Below are positions 30,502-41,330 of a DNA stretch of 64,000 bases, piece by piece. Made by a program: the position numbers and the translations under genes. The DNA comes from a plasmid, in NCBI RefSeq assembly GCF_056712565.1, contig NZ_JBWXXM010000003.1. One strand, given 5' to 3'. Below the pieces are notes generated by a model. The model was not told the origin of the DNA, made no database searches, and worked only from the letters and a program-made list of their open reading frames with translations. The number at the start of each line of letters is the position of its first letter. Position 1 is the stretch's first letter.

Positions 30502-32004
30502 ATGAAGAAATTTTATCAATTTAGGGATGAACAGCGAAAGGAGCTTGAACAACATGATTTTTATAGTTTGATTTCTTCAGATTGTATAGCGTTGAAAGAT
30601 AAACTATTATTTGCTCCTGTTATGGCTCATTTCATAATGAACTTCAGAGACATGAATAAATGGGTTATCAGGTTTGATAACAATGATAATGAATATAAAT
30701 CTGTTATAAACGGTGGAACAATCGAGGATGAAACACATTCAAGATTGTTTCTGGAAGACTGGAGGAAACTATATATAGATGACAAACTTAACTGGAAAGC
30801 AAGTGATGTTATATACTGGTTGTTTATTAGTCGAGAAATGGAGTGTTTCCGAAAATTTGGTATTGATTTTATGAGACTTTGTGTAGATGATGGAGGAGAC
30901 CCAATACTTCGATATTCTCACTCCGAGTCAGGAGAAACTTGCGGTAATATATTCTTTTCAAGAATTAGTCCTATTGCTGATCAAGTTGCCAATCATTTGG
31001 GAATATCACTCCGTTATTTTGGAACATTTCACCTTAATCTTGAAAATGGACATGTATGGAAGTCAGAAGGTGTTTTTGAAAATATAGAGTTGTCACCAGA
31101 TTCTTATAAGAAAATGGCTACTCTATCAAAGAGAATGTTTGATATATTTGAAGGAATTCATGACTCTTTTTATAATTACCTGTCCAGTTATGTTCTTAAT
31201 GGAAGTCATCCGTCATTTTTTGAATCATTACCTGTAGGGAAAAATGTTGCACCTATATACCCTGAATTTGTGATAGAAAACAAAAGCCATAACGATGGTA
31301 GACATATTGAACATATAAACAATTACCTGGAAAAAATATCGAGTCATGAGTTCTTTAAATGGCTGGTTAACACCTCAATAGACCCTCAATTGAAATTGAA
31401 AAGTTTCATACCTCTTTGGATTGTTGATATTATGGGGTATAGAGATATTAATAAATATGTTTTTACATATGAACAGCCTGAATCAGAAAGTGAAAAGATT
31501 ATAAATGATTATGCATTACACTTGTCAGAGCATAGCCGTTTATTTTATCATGACTGGAAGTCACTTCAACTTGATGATATGTTACGTTGGAGTGCCAGTG
31601 ATACTCTTGAGTTTATTTTTCTTAATTCAGATATGGATATGCATAGAGAAAATATAGTTAAGTTTTCTTTGTTCGGATTAAAACACAGAGATCCTGTTAT
31701 CAGGTTCTGGTTTATGATGATACTGGAGTTAAGTGGAAAAGAATTTTTCTCTCATGTTGGAGATATAGCTTTACAGGTGGAAAGTAAATATAATATTTAT
31801 CTCCCATATTTATGTGGACGCCATGCAACAGAAAATGAGCATGAAGCATATAATAATATGTATGAGCATTTTATGGTAAAGGAACTTAGCCCTGAACAAA
31901 GTGATCTAATAATACAAATTACAGACATGGTTATGCGGTCATTATTGAATAATTTGGATATCTCATATCGATATGTAGTAAATAATTTATTGGCAGCTCG
32001 TTAG
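30502..32004 (+). CDS. hypothetical 500-aa protein with internal duplication, AT-rich
   Basis: ATG at 30502 with AGGAG RBS; internal repeats HSRLFLEDWRKLYIDDKLNWKASDVIYWLFISREMECF and HSRLFYHDWKSLQLDDMLRWSASDTLEFIFLNSDMDMH; terminator hairpin AAATCCCACTT-TTCA-GAGTGGGATTTGTTT at ~32040-32070. Confidence 0.6.
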   Translation: MKKFYQFRDEQRKELEQHDFYSLISSDCIALKDKLLFAPVMAHFIMNFRDMNKWVIRFDNNDNEYKSVINGGTIEDETHSRLFLEDWRKLYIDDKLNWKASDVIYWLFISREMECFRKFGIDFMRLCVDDGGDPILRYSHSESGETCGNIFFSRISPIADQVANHLGISLRYFGTFHLNLENGHVWKSEGVFENIELSPDSYKKMATLSKRMFDIFEGIHDSFYNYLSSYVLNGSHPSFFESLPVGKNVAPIYPEFVIENKSHNDGRHIEHINNYLEKISSHEFFKWLVNTSIDPQLKLKSFIPLWIVDIMGYRDINKYVFTYEQPESESEKIINDYALHLSEHSRLFYHDWKSLQLDDMLRWSASDTLEFIFLNSDMDMHRENIVKFSLFGLKHRDPVIRFWFMMILELSGKEFFSHVGDIALQVESKYNIYLPYLCGRHATENEHEAYNNMYEHFMVKELSPEQSDLIIQITDMVMRSLLNNLDISYRYVVNNLLAAR

Positions 32005-32789
32005 AAGAACAGCATTGGTATGACTCTGATGCTCCTTAAAATCCCACTTTTCAGAGTGGGATTTGTTTAATGCCCAGAACAGGGGGAATTTCCATTCATG
32101 CCCAAAAAATATTTTGATGTCCTCTCGCCAATTCTCGCGCTCAGTCCTTCCTGAAAAACCTCAGAATTCACGTAGCGCATCGCCGCTACTGCATCCATCA
32201 AAAAAAATGACAGCTTTTTTAATCATCTTGTGTTACTCAACTTACTGAAAAATGTGATTTATGAAAATGCCGCCGTCGGCATCAAGCAGTTGGCCAGCGC
32301 AACCGGCTGCATCGACCGCAACAAAAAAACTGAAAGAGAAAGCCCCTCAAATGAGGGAGAAAAAAAGGAAGTGCAGTCAACGAGAGGCGTAAAAAACCCG
32401 ACTGGTGAGGTCGGGTTTTAATACGGTTCCGGTTCTGAGTTGGTGGCTCTGACCGGAGGAAGTCACTCTACACCTAACGTTTACATTTTATGCACTCAGC
32501 CGCAGTATTGCAACTAACTGTGGTTAAGGCACCACATTTAGTTGTGTATCGTGGGTTTTATATACCTTATAATCATGAAGTTAGCCGTGTGGTGTGGCTT
32601 CTTCCTCTGCCCTTCCCGTTTATGCAGGTATGAACGATTTTAAAGTCCTGGCTGAACAAACAGGTGGTGCTGTGTTTAGTGCTCTGGCAGGAGGAAGTCA
32701 CTCTGCACCTAACAATGCGAGAGAACCGTTGTGACAGGCAGTGTAAGAGCAAGCAACGGTGATTTCCTCCAGTTTTACTGGAGAAACGG

Positions 32790-32885
32790 ATGATTAATCT
32801 GTTAATCATCGTTCTCAGGGCTGTGGTCGCCGTTGCAAACGCGCTGATTGCAATTCTGGAACTGATTCGCCAGTTCATCGACTGA
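32790..32885 (+). CDS. putative small hydrophobic toxin peptide (31 aa), DinQ/TisB-like, copy 1
   Basis: MINLLIIVLRAVVAVANALIAILELIRQFID; GGAG RBS; start codon inside perfect inverted repeat GATGATTAA-TCTG-TTAATCATC; coordinates approximate. Confidence 0.45.
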   Translation: MINLLIIVLRAVVAVANALIAILELIRQFID

Positions 32886-33707
32886 TGACAGCGGAAACGT
32901 AACTAAGGACAGGAAGTGAACCGCTTCCTGCCCTTTAACGTACTGTGATATTTTTCAAAAAAACTCACCAATATTCTCCTCGGCAGAAATGACATAACTC
33001 ACTGTAAAATAACAAATCATCTAAACGCCAGCTTTGTATTGAGCGCGTTGGCCAACGCCTTTATCAGCTGCGACCGCACCAGATAATTTGAATAAGATTT
33101 CCCGCATCACCTGGACATACAGGTTATTCTGTCCATACCTCATTAGTTACAACATTCACGCGTTCTGTTCCTTTATCCGGTGCCCTGTTCCAGTATATGT
33201 GCCCATATCCTGGGTTATTCAGGATAACCGCTTCCTTTTCGCCCTGTCCTGTCGTTCATATCCCCCTGGACAAAAATGCATTATCGGAAAAAATGTCCAA
33301 AATTTTTTTGGTGATCGGAATTTTTGTTGTCGGACGCACCTCTTCTTCAGGTCATAATTGCTGACACATCCCAAAAAACAGGAGCGGAGATTTAAAAATT
33401 GAGTCACTTACCCGCCAAAATTTTCCAGATTTCACGTAGCGTACCGTCGATACTGTATCCATCAACAAATGACTATTTTTTGAATGTGTCATTTCCTGTA
33501 ACCTACTGAAAAATATCAGTGAATGACAATATCGGCGACAGCATCGGAGCTGATAGCCAGTTTCCTGAATGCATATGGCCAGAACAGTAAATTTGAACCA
33601 GGTTCTCACGTCACCAGGCGACGTGTCTGGGAAACTGGTGAACAACAGGCACAGAAAAGCCCAACTTTATGGGGGTCAGTTCAGTGAGGTTGGGCTAAGA
33701 GAAACGA

Positions 33708-33803
33708 ATGATTAACCTGTTAATCATCATTCTCAGGGATGTGGTCGCCGTTGCAAACGCGCGGATTGCAGTTCTGGAACTGATTCGCCAGTTCATCGTT
33801 TGA
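33708..33803 (+). CDS. putative small hydrophobic toxin peptide (31 aa), DinQ/TisB-like, copy 2
   Basis: MINLLIIILRDVVAVANARIAVLELIRQFIV; same start-codon inverted repeat ATGATTAA-CCTG-TTAATCAT; coordinates approximate. Confidence 0.4.
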   Translation: MINLLIIILRDVVAVANARIAVLELIRQFIV

Positions 33804-34028
33804 TGACAGCGGAAACGTAACTCAGGACAGGAAGTTCCAAATAGCTCCCAGCCAGCATATGTAATTTTCAAAGGGGCAGTTGTTAACTCTGTAATAACGC
33901 CATGTAAAGTATTCCTGCCCCCTCCATGATCCTCCATAGTATTTCTTGAGTTAATTTTCAAAAAGCTTCTGATGGTGATGCTGCCAACTTACTGATTTAG
34001 TGTATGATGGTGTTTTTGAGGTGCTCCA

Positions 34029-34304
34029 GTGGCTTCTGTTTCTATCAGCTGTCCCTCCTGTTCAGCTACTGACGGGGTGGTGCGTAACGACAAAAGCACC
34101 ACCGGACATCAGCGCTATCTCTGCTCTCACTGCCGTAAAACATGGCAACTGCAGTTCACTTACACCGCTTCTCAACCCGGTACGCACCAGAAAATCATTG
34201 ATATGGCCATGAATGGCGTTGGATGCCGGGCAACTGCCCGCATTATGGGCGTTGGCCTCAACACGATTTTACGTCACTTAAAAAACTCAGGCCGCAGTCG
34301 GTAA
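34029..34304 (+). CDS. insA: IS1 InsA
   Basis: 91 aa. Confidence 0.95.
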   Translation: MASVSISCPSCSATDGVVRNDKSTTGHQRYLCSHCRKTWQLQFTYTASQPGTHQKIIDMAMNGVGCRATARIMGVGLNTILRHLKNSGRSR

Positions 34305-34726
34305 CCTCGCGCATACAGCCGGGCAGTGACGTCATCGTCTGCGCGGAAATGGACGAACAGTGGGGCTATGTCGGGGCTAAATCGCGCCAGCGCTGGCTGT
34401 TTTACGCGTATGACAGTCTCCGGAAGACGGTTGTTGCGCACGTATTCGGTGAACGCACTATGGCGACGCTGGGGCGTCTTATGAGCCTGCTGTCACCCTT
34501 TGACGTGGTGATATGGATGACGGATGGCTGGCCGCTGTATGAATCCCGCCTGAAGGGAAAGCTGCACGTAATCAGCAAGCGATATACGCAGCGAATTGAG
34601 CGGCATAACCTGAATCTGAGGCAGCACCTGGCACGGCTGGGACGGAAGTCGCTGTCGTTTTCAAAATCGGTGGAGCTGCATGACAAAGTCATCGGGCATT
34701 ATCTGAACATAAAACACTATCAATAA
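34223..34726 (+). CDS. insB: IS1 InsB
   Basis: 167 aa. Confidence 0.95.
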   Translation: MPGNCPHYGRWPQHDFTSLKKLRPQSVTSRIQPGSDVIVCAEMDEQWGYVGAKSRQRWLFYAYDSLRKTVVAHVFGERTMATLGRLMSLLSPFDVVIWMTDGWPLYESRLKGKLHVISKRYTQRIERHNLNLRQHLARLGRKSLSFSKSVELHDKVIGHYLNIKHYQ

Positions 34727-34929
34727 GTTGGAGTCATTACCGCCTTGACCATCAGATAGTTATTTTGGTGCTAGGGATACTGAGTGTGAACAGTTAGCGC
34801 GCGTCCTCGCCAGTTAGCTCGCTACGCTCGGTTACACGACGGCTACGAGTACTAGTGATAATTATTGACTGAGGTATGTGCTCTTCCTGTTTCCTTTTTT
34901 GATGTGTTGCTCTCATTTTAAACAACTTT

Positions 34930-35016
34930 GCGGTTTTTTGACTACTTTGCAATTTTGTTGTTGCTTTGCAATAAAATGCAAGATTAAATGAAAATATGCA
35001 AAGCAATGATTAAAGG
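34930..35016. promoter_or_regulatory. sopAB promoter/operator region
   Basis: Repeated TTTGCAA/TTGCAA motifs (CTTTGCAATTTTGTTGTTGCTTTGCAATAAAATGCAAG...ATGCAAAGCAATG) immediately upstream of sopA. Confidence 0.55.
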
Positions 35017-36192
35017 ATGTTCAGAATGAGACTCATGGAAACACTTAACCAGTGCATAAACGCTGGTCATGAAATGACGAAGGCTATCGCCATTGCACAG
35101 TTTAATGATGACAGCCCGGAAGCGAGGAAAATCACCCGACGCTGGAGAATAGGTGAAGCAGCGGATTTAGTTGGAGTATCTTCTCAGGCTATCAGGGATG
35201 CCGAGAAAGCAGGCCGGCTACCGCACCCGGATATGGAAATACGAGGACGGGTTGAGCAACGTGTTGGTTATACAATTGAACAAATTAATCATATGCGTGA
35301 CGTGTTTGGTACGAGACTACGACGTGCTGAAGACGTATTTCCGCCGGTGATTGGAGTTGCTGCTCATAAAGGGGGCGTTTACAAAACCTCTGTTTCTGTT
35401 CATCTTGCTCAGGATCTGGCTCTGAAGGGATTACGTGTTCTGCTCGTGGAAGGTAACGACCCCCAGGGAACAGCATCGATGTATCACGGCTGGGTGCCAG
35501 ATCTTCATATTCATGCAGAGGATACTCTCCTTCCCTTCTATCTTGGGGAAAAGGACGATGTCACTTATGCAATAAAGCCTACTTGCTGGCCTGGGCTTGA
35601 CATTATTCCTTCCTGTTTGGCTCTGCACCGCATTGAAACTGAGCTAATGGGCAAATTTGATGAAGGTAAATTGCCCACCGATCCACACCTGATGCTCCGA
35701 CTGGCCATTGAAACCGTCGCTCATGACTATGATGTCATTGTCATTGACAGCGCGCCTAACCTAGGTATCGGCACGATTAATGTTGTATGTGCTGCTGATG
35801 TGTTGATTGTCCCCACGCCTGCTGAGTTGTTCGACTACACTTCCGCTCTGCAGTTTTTCGATATGCTTCGTGATCTGCTCAAAAACGTAGATCTTAAAGG
35901 ATTCGAGCCTGATGTACGTATTTTGCTTACCAAATACAGTAATAGTAATGGTTCTCAGTCCCCGTGGATGGAGGAGCAAATTCGGGACGCCTGGGGAAGC
36001 ATGGTCCTAAAAAATGTTGTGCGTGAAACGGATGAAGTTGGTAAAGGTCAGATCCGGATGAGAACTGTTTTTGAACAGGCTATTGATCAACGCTCTTCAA
36101 CAGGTGCCTGGAGAAATGCCCTTTCTATTTGGGAACCTGTCTGCAATGAAATTTTCGATCGTTTGATTAAACCACGCTGGGAGATTAGATAA
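35017..36192 (+). CDS. sopA: SopA, ParA-type partition ATPase
   Basis: Deviant Walker [12 protein letters not shown]-plasmid SopA-like sequence; start may be a few codons downstream. Confidence 0.9.
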   Translation: MFRMRLMETLNQCINAGHEMTKAIAIAQFNDDSPEARKITRRWRIGEAADLVGVSSQAIRDAEKAGRLPHPDMEIRGRVEQRVGYTIEQINHMRDVFGTRLRRAEDVFPPVIGVAAHKGGVYKTSVSVHLAQDLALKGLRVLLVEGNDPQGTASMYHGWVPDLHIHAEDTLLPFYLGEKDDVTYAIKPTCWPGLDIIPSCLALHRIETELMGKFDEGKLPTDPHLMLRLAIETVAHDYDVIVIDSAPNLGIGTINVVCAADVLIVPTPAELFDYTSALQFFDMLRDLLKNVDLKGFEPDVRILLTKYSNSNGSQSPWMEEQIRDAWGSMVLKNVVRETDEVGKGQIRMRTVFEQAIDQRSSTGAWRNALSIWEPVCNEIFDRLIKPRWEIR

Positions 36193-37163
36193 TGAAGCGT
36201 GCGCCTGTCATTCCAAAACATACGATTAAGACTCAACCGCTTGAAGATACTCCGTCATCGGCACCAGCTGCACCGATGGTGGATTCGTTAATTGCGCGCG
36301 TAGGAGCTATGGCTCGTGGCAATGCTATTACTTTGCCTGTATGTGGTAGGGACGTGAAATTTACCCTTGAGGTGCTCCGGGGAGATAGTGTTGAGAAGAC
36401 CTCTCGGGTATGGTCAGGTAATGAACGTGACCAGGAACTGCTTACCGAAGACGCCCTGGATGATCTTATCCCTTCTTTTCTACTGACAGGTCAGCAGACA
36501 CCAGCATTCGGTCGAAGAGTGTCTGGGGTCATAGAAATTGCCGATGGGAGCCGCCGTCGTAAAGCTGCTGCACTTACAGAAAGTGATTATCGAGTTCTGG
36601 TTGGTGAGCTGGATGATGAGCAGATGGCTGCATTGTCCAGATTGGGTAACGATTATAGGCCAACAAGTGCTTATGAACGTGGTCAGCGTTATGCAAGCCG
36701 ATTGCAGAATGAATTTGCTGGAAATATTTCTGCGCTGGCTGATGCAGAAAATATTTCACGTAAGATTATTACCCGCTGTATCAACACAGCTAAACTGCCT
36801 AAATCAGTTGTTGCTCTTTTTTCTCATCCCGGTGAACTATCTGCCCGGTCAGGTGATGCACTTCAAAGAGCTTTTACAGATAAAGAAGAATTACTTAAGC
36901 AGCAGGCATCTAACCTTCACGAGCAGAAAAAAGCAGGAGTGATATTTGAAGCTGAAGAAGTCATCACTCTTTTAACGTCTGTGCTTAAAACGTCATCTGC
37001 CTCAAGAACTAGCTTAAGCTCACGACATCAGTTTGCTCCTGGAGCGACAGTGTTGTACAAGGGCGATAAAATGGTGTTAAACCTAGATAGATCTCGTATT
37101 CCAACTGAGTGTATAGAGAGAATTGAAGCCATTCTTAAGGAACTTGAAAAAGCGGCACTTTGA
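36192..37163 (+). CDS. sopB: SopB, ParB-type centromere-binding protein
   Basis: 323 aa directly downstream of sopA and upstream of sopC repeats. Confidence 0.9.
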   Translation: MKRAPVIPKHTIKTQPLEDTPSSAPAAPMVDSLIARVGAMARGNAITLPVCGRDVKFTLEVLRGDSVEKTSRVWSGNERDQELLTEDALDDLIPSFLLTGQQTPAFGRRVSGVIEIADGSRRRKAAALTESDYRVLVGELDDEQMAALSRLGNDYRPTSAYERGQRYASRLQNEFAGNISALADAENISRKIITRCINTAKLPKSVVALFSHPGELSARSGDALQRAFTDKEELLKQQASNLHEQKKAGVIFEAEEVITLLTSVLKTSSASRTSLSSRHQFAPGATVLYKGDKMVLNLDRSRIPTECIERIEAILKELEKAAL

Positions 37164-37242
37164 TGCGGCACGTTTTAGTCTACATTTATCTGTCTTTACT
37201 TAATTTCCTTTAGCACAGGCTAGAAAACATAACTAACTGGCC

Positions 37243-37760
37243 TGAATATTATATCTGGGACCACGGTCCCAGTTGTATTGTCGGTCTGATAATCAGTCTG
37301 GGACCACGGTCCCACTCATATTGTCGGTCTGATAATCAGTCTGGGACCACGGTCCCACTCATATTGTCGGTCTGATTATCGGTCTGGGACCACGGGCCCA
37401 CTCATATTGTTAGTCTGCTAATCAGTCTGGGACCGCGGTCCCACTCGTATTGTTGGTCTGCTAATCAGTCTGGGACCACGGTCCCACTCATATTGTCGGT
37501 CTGCTAATCAGTCTGGGACCACGGTCCCACTCATATTGTCGGTCTGCTAATCAGTCTGGGACCACGGTCCCACTCATATTGTCGGTCTGCTAATCAGTCT
37601 GGGACCACGGTCCCACTCATATTGTTGGTCTGATTATCGGTCTGGGACCACGGTCCCACTCATATTGTTAGTCTGATAATCAGTCTGGGACCGCGGTCCC
37701 ACTCGTATTGTTGGTCTGCTAATCAGTCTGGGACCACGGTCTCACTTGTATTGTCGATCT
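37243..37760. repeat. sopC: sopC centromere, ~12 tandem 43-bp repeats
   Basis: Repeating CTGGGACCACGGTCCCACTCATATTGTCGGTCTGATAATCAGT units, each with inverted repeat GGGACCACGGTCCC. Confidence 0.95.
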
Positions 37761-38375
37761 GATTATCAGCGTGAGACTACGATTCCATTAATGCCTGCCA
37801 GTGAGTGTGTGGAACATATCTTGGCCAGTGGCTTGGTCTGTGATGTGCTGCGTATACCGGGTGAACCGCCCCGCCGCTTGTTTGACCGCTATATTCTGCG
37901 GGAGTTTTCTTGGAGGCACGGGATGAAATCCGCAGCATGGCGGATGCCCTGGCAAAAATCCGGAAATGATGACGATGGCGGGGAAAATCCCCGCCTTTTT
38001 CCTGCCGGTCCCCGGACAGAGCACAAAGGAAGTCGCCGCCGGCTCCGCTTTACCCGGCCATGCGGAGCATGGCCTTGTGGGGGTTCAGTTATGTGGACGT
38101 CGAGTCGTGTGCGGGCTGTGCCGTGCCTCCATCTTAGCCGGGCTGGCGTTGATGCAAGCAACTGTCTTAATGGGAGGCGGTTATCTGAAAAAAGTACGGG
38201 ATAATATTATGGAATCGCCCATCTCAAGCAAAAAACTGACTCGCTTCGATACTACGCTGACAGGCTGTTTTGAGCGAGATATCTCTCGTGTCGGGCATCG
38301 ACATTTTAAATGATTCTAAATAATATGAGCAGGGTCAGTCTTATTAAAGATTAAAACACCGGATAACAAGTTTTA

Positions 38376-38957
38376 TTGATTATGGATGAAGAGAAAACTC
38401 GTGCTGAAGTGGCACACATAGAATTTATTTCATATGGTACGTCTCGAATTTTTGATAGGCGTATGAGATCCTTAGACTGGAAGCGTAAGGTTGTCACCTT
38501 CCTTGGGGTCTTTGTTCCACTGATGATAGGTTGTGCAGTTTTATCATTCGGACTTGAAGCTCCATTTCTGCCGCTTTGCATCACAATTGCCGGTGTGGCA
38601 AGTATCATGCAATTGGGGTTCTCGCTGTGGTCTTTGGTTTCCGGATGGGATCGCTCATATAGTGATTGCATGGCTTCCGTTAAGGAAAATACAGCCATTT
38701 ATAACCTAGCTGGTAGTGTTCGCAAGAAAATAGGTAAGCTTGACGAAGCCAAATTGGAAATTTTGATAGACGATTTGACGGAAAAATTTGAGCGAAGGGA
38801 GCAGGAAGACTTAACTTTGTGTGTGAGTGATAAAGAACTTCGTTATGCAAACCGTATGTCCTGTTTCTACTTCAAAAAAAAATGCCATATTTGTAATGTC
38901 GTTCCCCTAACTTTGAAACCGGGAAAATGTGTTTGTGATGGTTGTGGGAAATTTTAA
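38376..38957 (+). CDS. hypothetical membrane protein (193 aa): two TM helices, C-terminal Cys cluster
   Basis: TM segments VVTFLGVFVPLMIGCAVLSFGL and LPLCITIAGVASIMQLGFSLWSLV; C-terminal CHICN...KCVCDGCG; AT-rich. Confidence 0.5.
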   Translation: MIMDEEKTRAEVAHIEFISYGTSRIFDRRMRSLDWKRKVVTFLGVFVPLMIGCAVLSFGLEAPFLPLCITIAGVASIMQLGFSLWSLVSGWDRSYSDCMASVKENTAIYNLAGSVRKKIGKLDEAKLEILIDDLTEKFERREQEDLTLCVSDKELRYANRMSCFYFKKKCHICNVVPLTLKPGKCVCDGCGKF

Positions 38958-38969
38958 CAAGGAGAACAT

Positions 38970-39182
38970 ATGAGTAGTGCAAAAATTCTTAACGCTTACT
39001 TCGAGGCTTCTGAAGAAGATCGAAAGGAGTTCCTACGGGTTCTTAGTCATTTTTATAAGGATAACCGAAGAGTACCTCTGCAAGAGGGCATGGAGAGCTT
39101 TGCCGTCAATGAAAGCATCCGTAAATCGCAGTCAATTAACTTTGCCCCTATGCAAGGTGGGTGTCCACTCTGCGGCAAGTAA
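38970..39182 (+). CDS. hypothetical small protein (70 aa) with C-terminal CPLCGK
   Basis: Strong RBS AAGGAGAACATATG 12 nt after upstream stop, suggesting translational coupling with 38376-38957. Confidence 0.5.
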   Translation: MSSAKILNAYFEASEEDRKEFLRVLSHFYKDNRRVPLQEGMESFAVNESIRKSQSINFAPMQGGCPLCGK

Positions 39183-39379
39183 CGACCAAAGCCGCTTGAC
39201 TAGCGGCTTGATAGATTTCTTTATATTGTAACTAGCATCTTTACATCCTGTTAAAAAAGTGGCTATTGCCCGCTATCTTGCAATTCTCCGTATTTGGTAC
39301 AAAAACAGCCGAAAGCTGCACTATCAGCAGCTATGAGCAGCGGCCCCACTGACATCGCGGATGCTTTGTCCGTGGGAGG

Positions 39380-40650
<1,271 letters not shown>

Positions 40651-40815
40651 TTTACCCGCTCAGATTTCGCGGTCTCACCCTCCAACTCCCGCCAGCCGTG
40701 TGTGTCAGGCTGCGGCTTCCCTTGCGCCCTTTGCATCCCCGCCTTATCGCCCGGCTTTTATGGAGGCACGGCACAGCCCGGTGTCGCGGAATATGTGAAC
40801 AACGGAGGAAATCCC

Positions 40816-41241
40816 ATGCAGTATGCGAAACCTGTCACTCTGAATGTTGAAGAGTGCGACCGTCTGTCTTTTCTGCCTTACCTGTTTGGCAACGATTTTC
40901 TGTATGCCGAAGCATATGTGTACGCGCTGGCGCAAAAAATGATGCCGGAATATCAGGGAGGCTTCTGGCACTTCATCCGCCTGCCGGACGGTGGCGGTTA
41001 CATGATGCCGGATGGCGACCGTTTTCATCTGGTTAACGGTGAAAACTGGTTTGACCGCACGGTCAGTGCCGATGCCGCAGGCATCATTCTGACTTCCCTT
41101 GTGATTAACCGCCAGTTGTGGCTGTACCACGACAGCGGTAACGCAGGGCTGACACACCTGTACCGGATGCGTGATGCGCAGTTGTGGAGCCACATCGAAT
41201 TTCACCCCGAATGTAACGCGATTTACGCGGCGCTGGACTGA
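40816..41241 (+). CDS. klcA: KlcA/ArdB-family antirestriction protein
   Basis: 141 aa; pattern [13 protein letters not shown]...[22 protein letters not shown]...[10 protein letters not shown] matches KlcA/ArdB family; RBS GGAGG. Confidence 0.7.
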   Translation: MQYAKPVTLNVEECDRLSFLPYLFGNDFLYAEAYVYALAQKMMPEYQGGFWHFIRLPDGGGYMMPDGDRFHLVNGENWFDRTVSADAAGIILTSLVINRQLWLYHDSGNAGLTHLYRMRDAQLWSHIEFHPECNAIYAALD

Positions 41242-41330
41242 TTAACGGACGGGGCGGCAATGCCGCCCCTGTAAAGGAGACGAGAACATGTACTGTTAAA
41301 GAAATTATCCGCGATGTACTGGATACAGAC

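Larger units (their letters stand above)
33974..34741 (+). mobile_element. IS1 (768 bp), copy 3
   Basis: Same terminal sequences as copy 2; InsA differs at a few residues ([16 protein letters not shown]). Confidence 0.95.

Noticed and set aside
32573-33961. Minus-strand track ORFs 32573-32878 (101 aa) and 33695-33961 (88 aa)
   Set aside because: They overlap the two paralogous 31-codon plus-strand ORFs and their conserved upstream elements; the conserved hairpins around the plus-strand start codons favour the small sense ORFs, with this region more likely antisense or noncoding RNA.
37243-37760. Regular array of ~43-bp direct repeats that could be mistaken for a CRISPR array
   Set aside because: Repeats are contiguous with no unique spacers, each carries the GGGACCACGGTCCC inverted repeat, and they directly follow sopAB; this is the sopC centromere.
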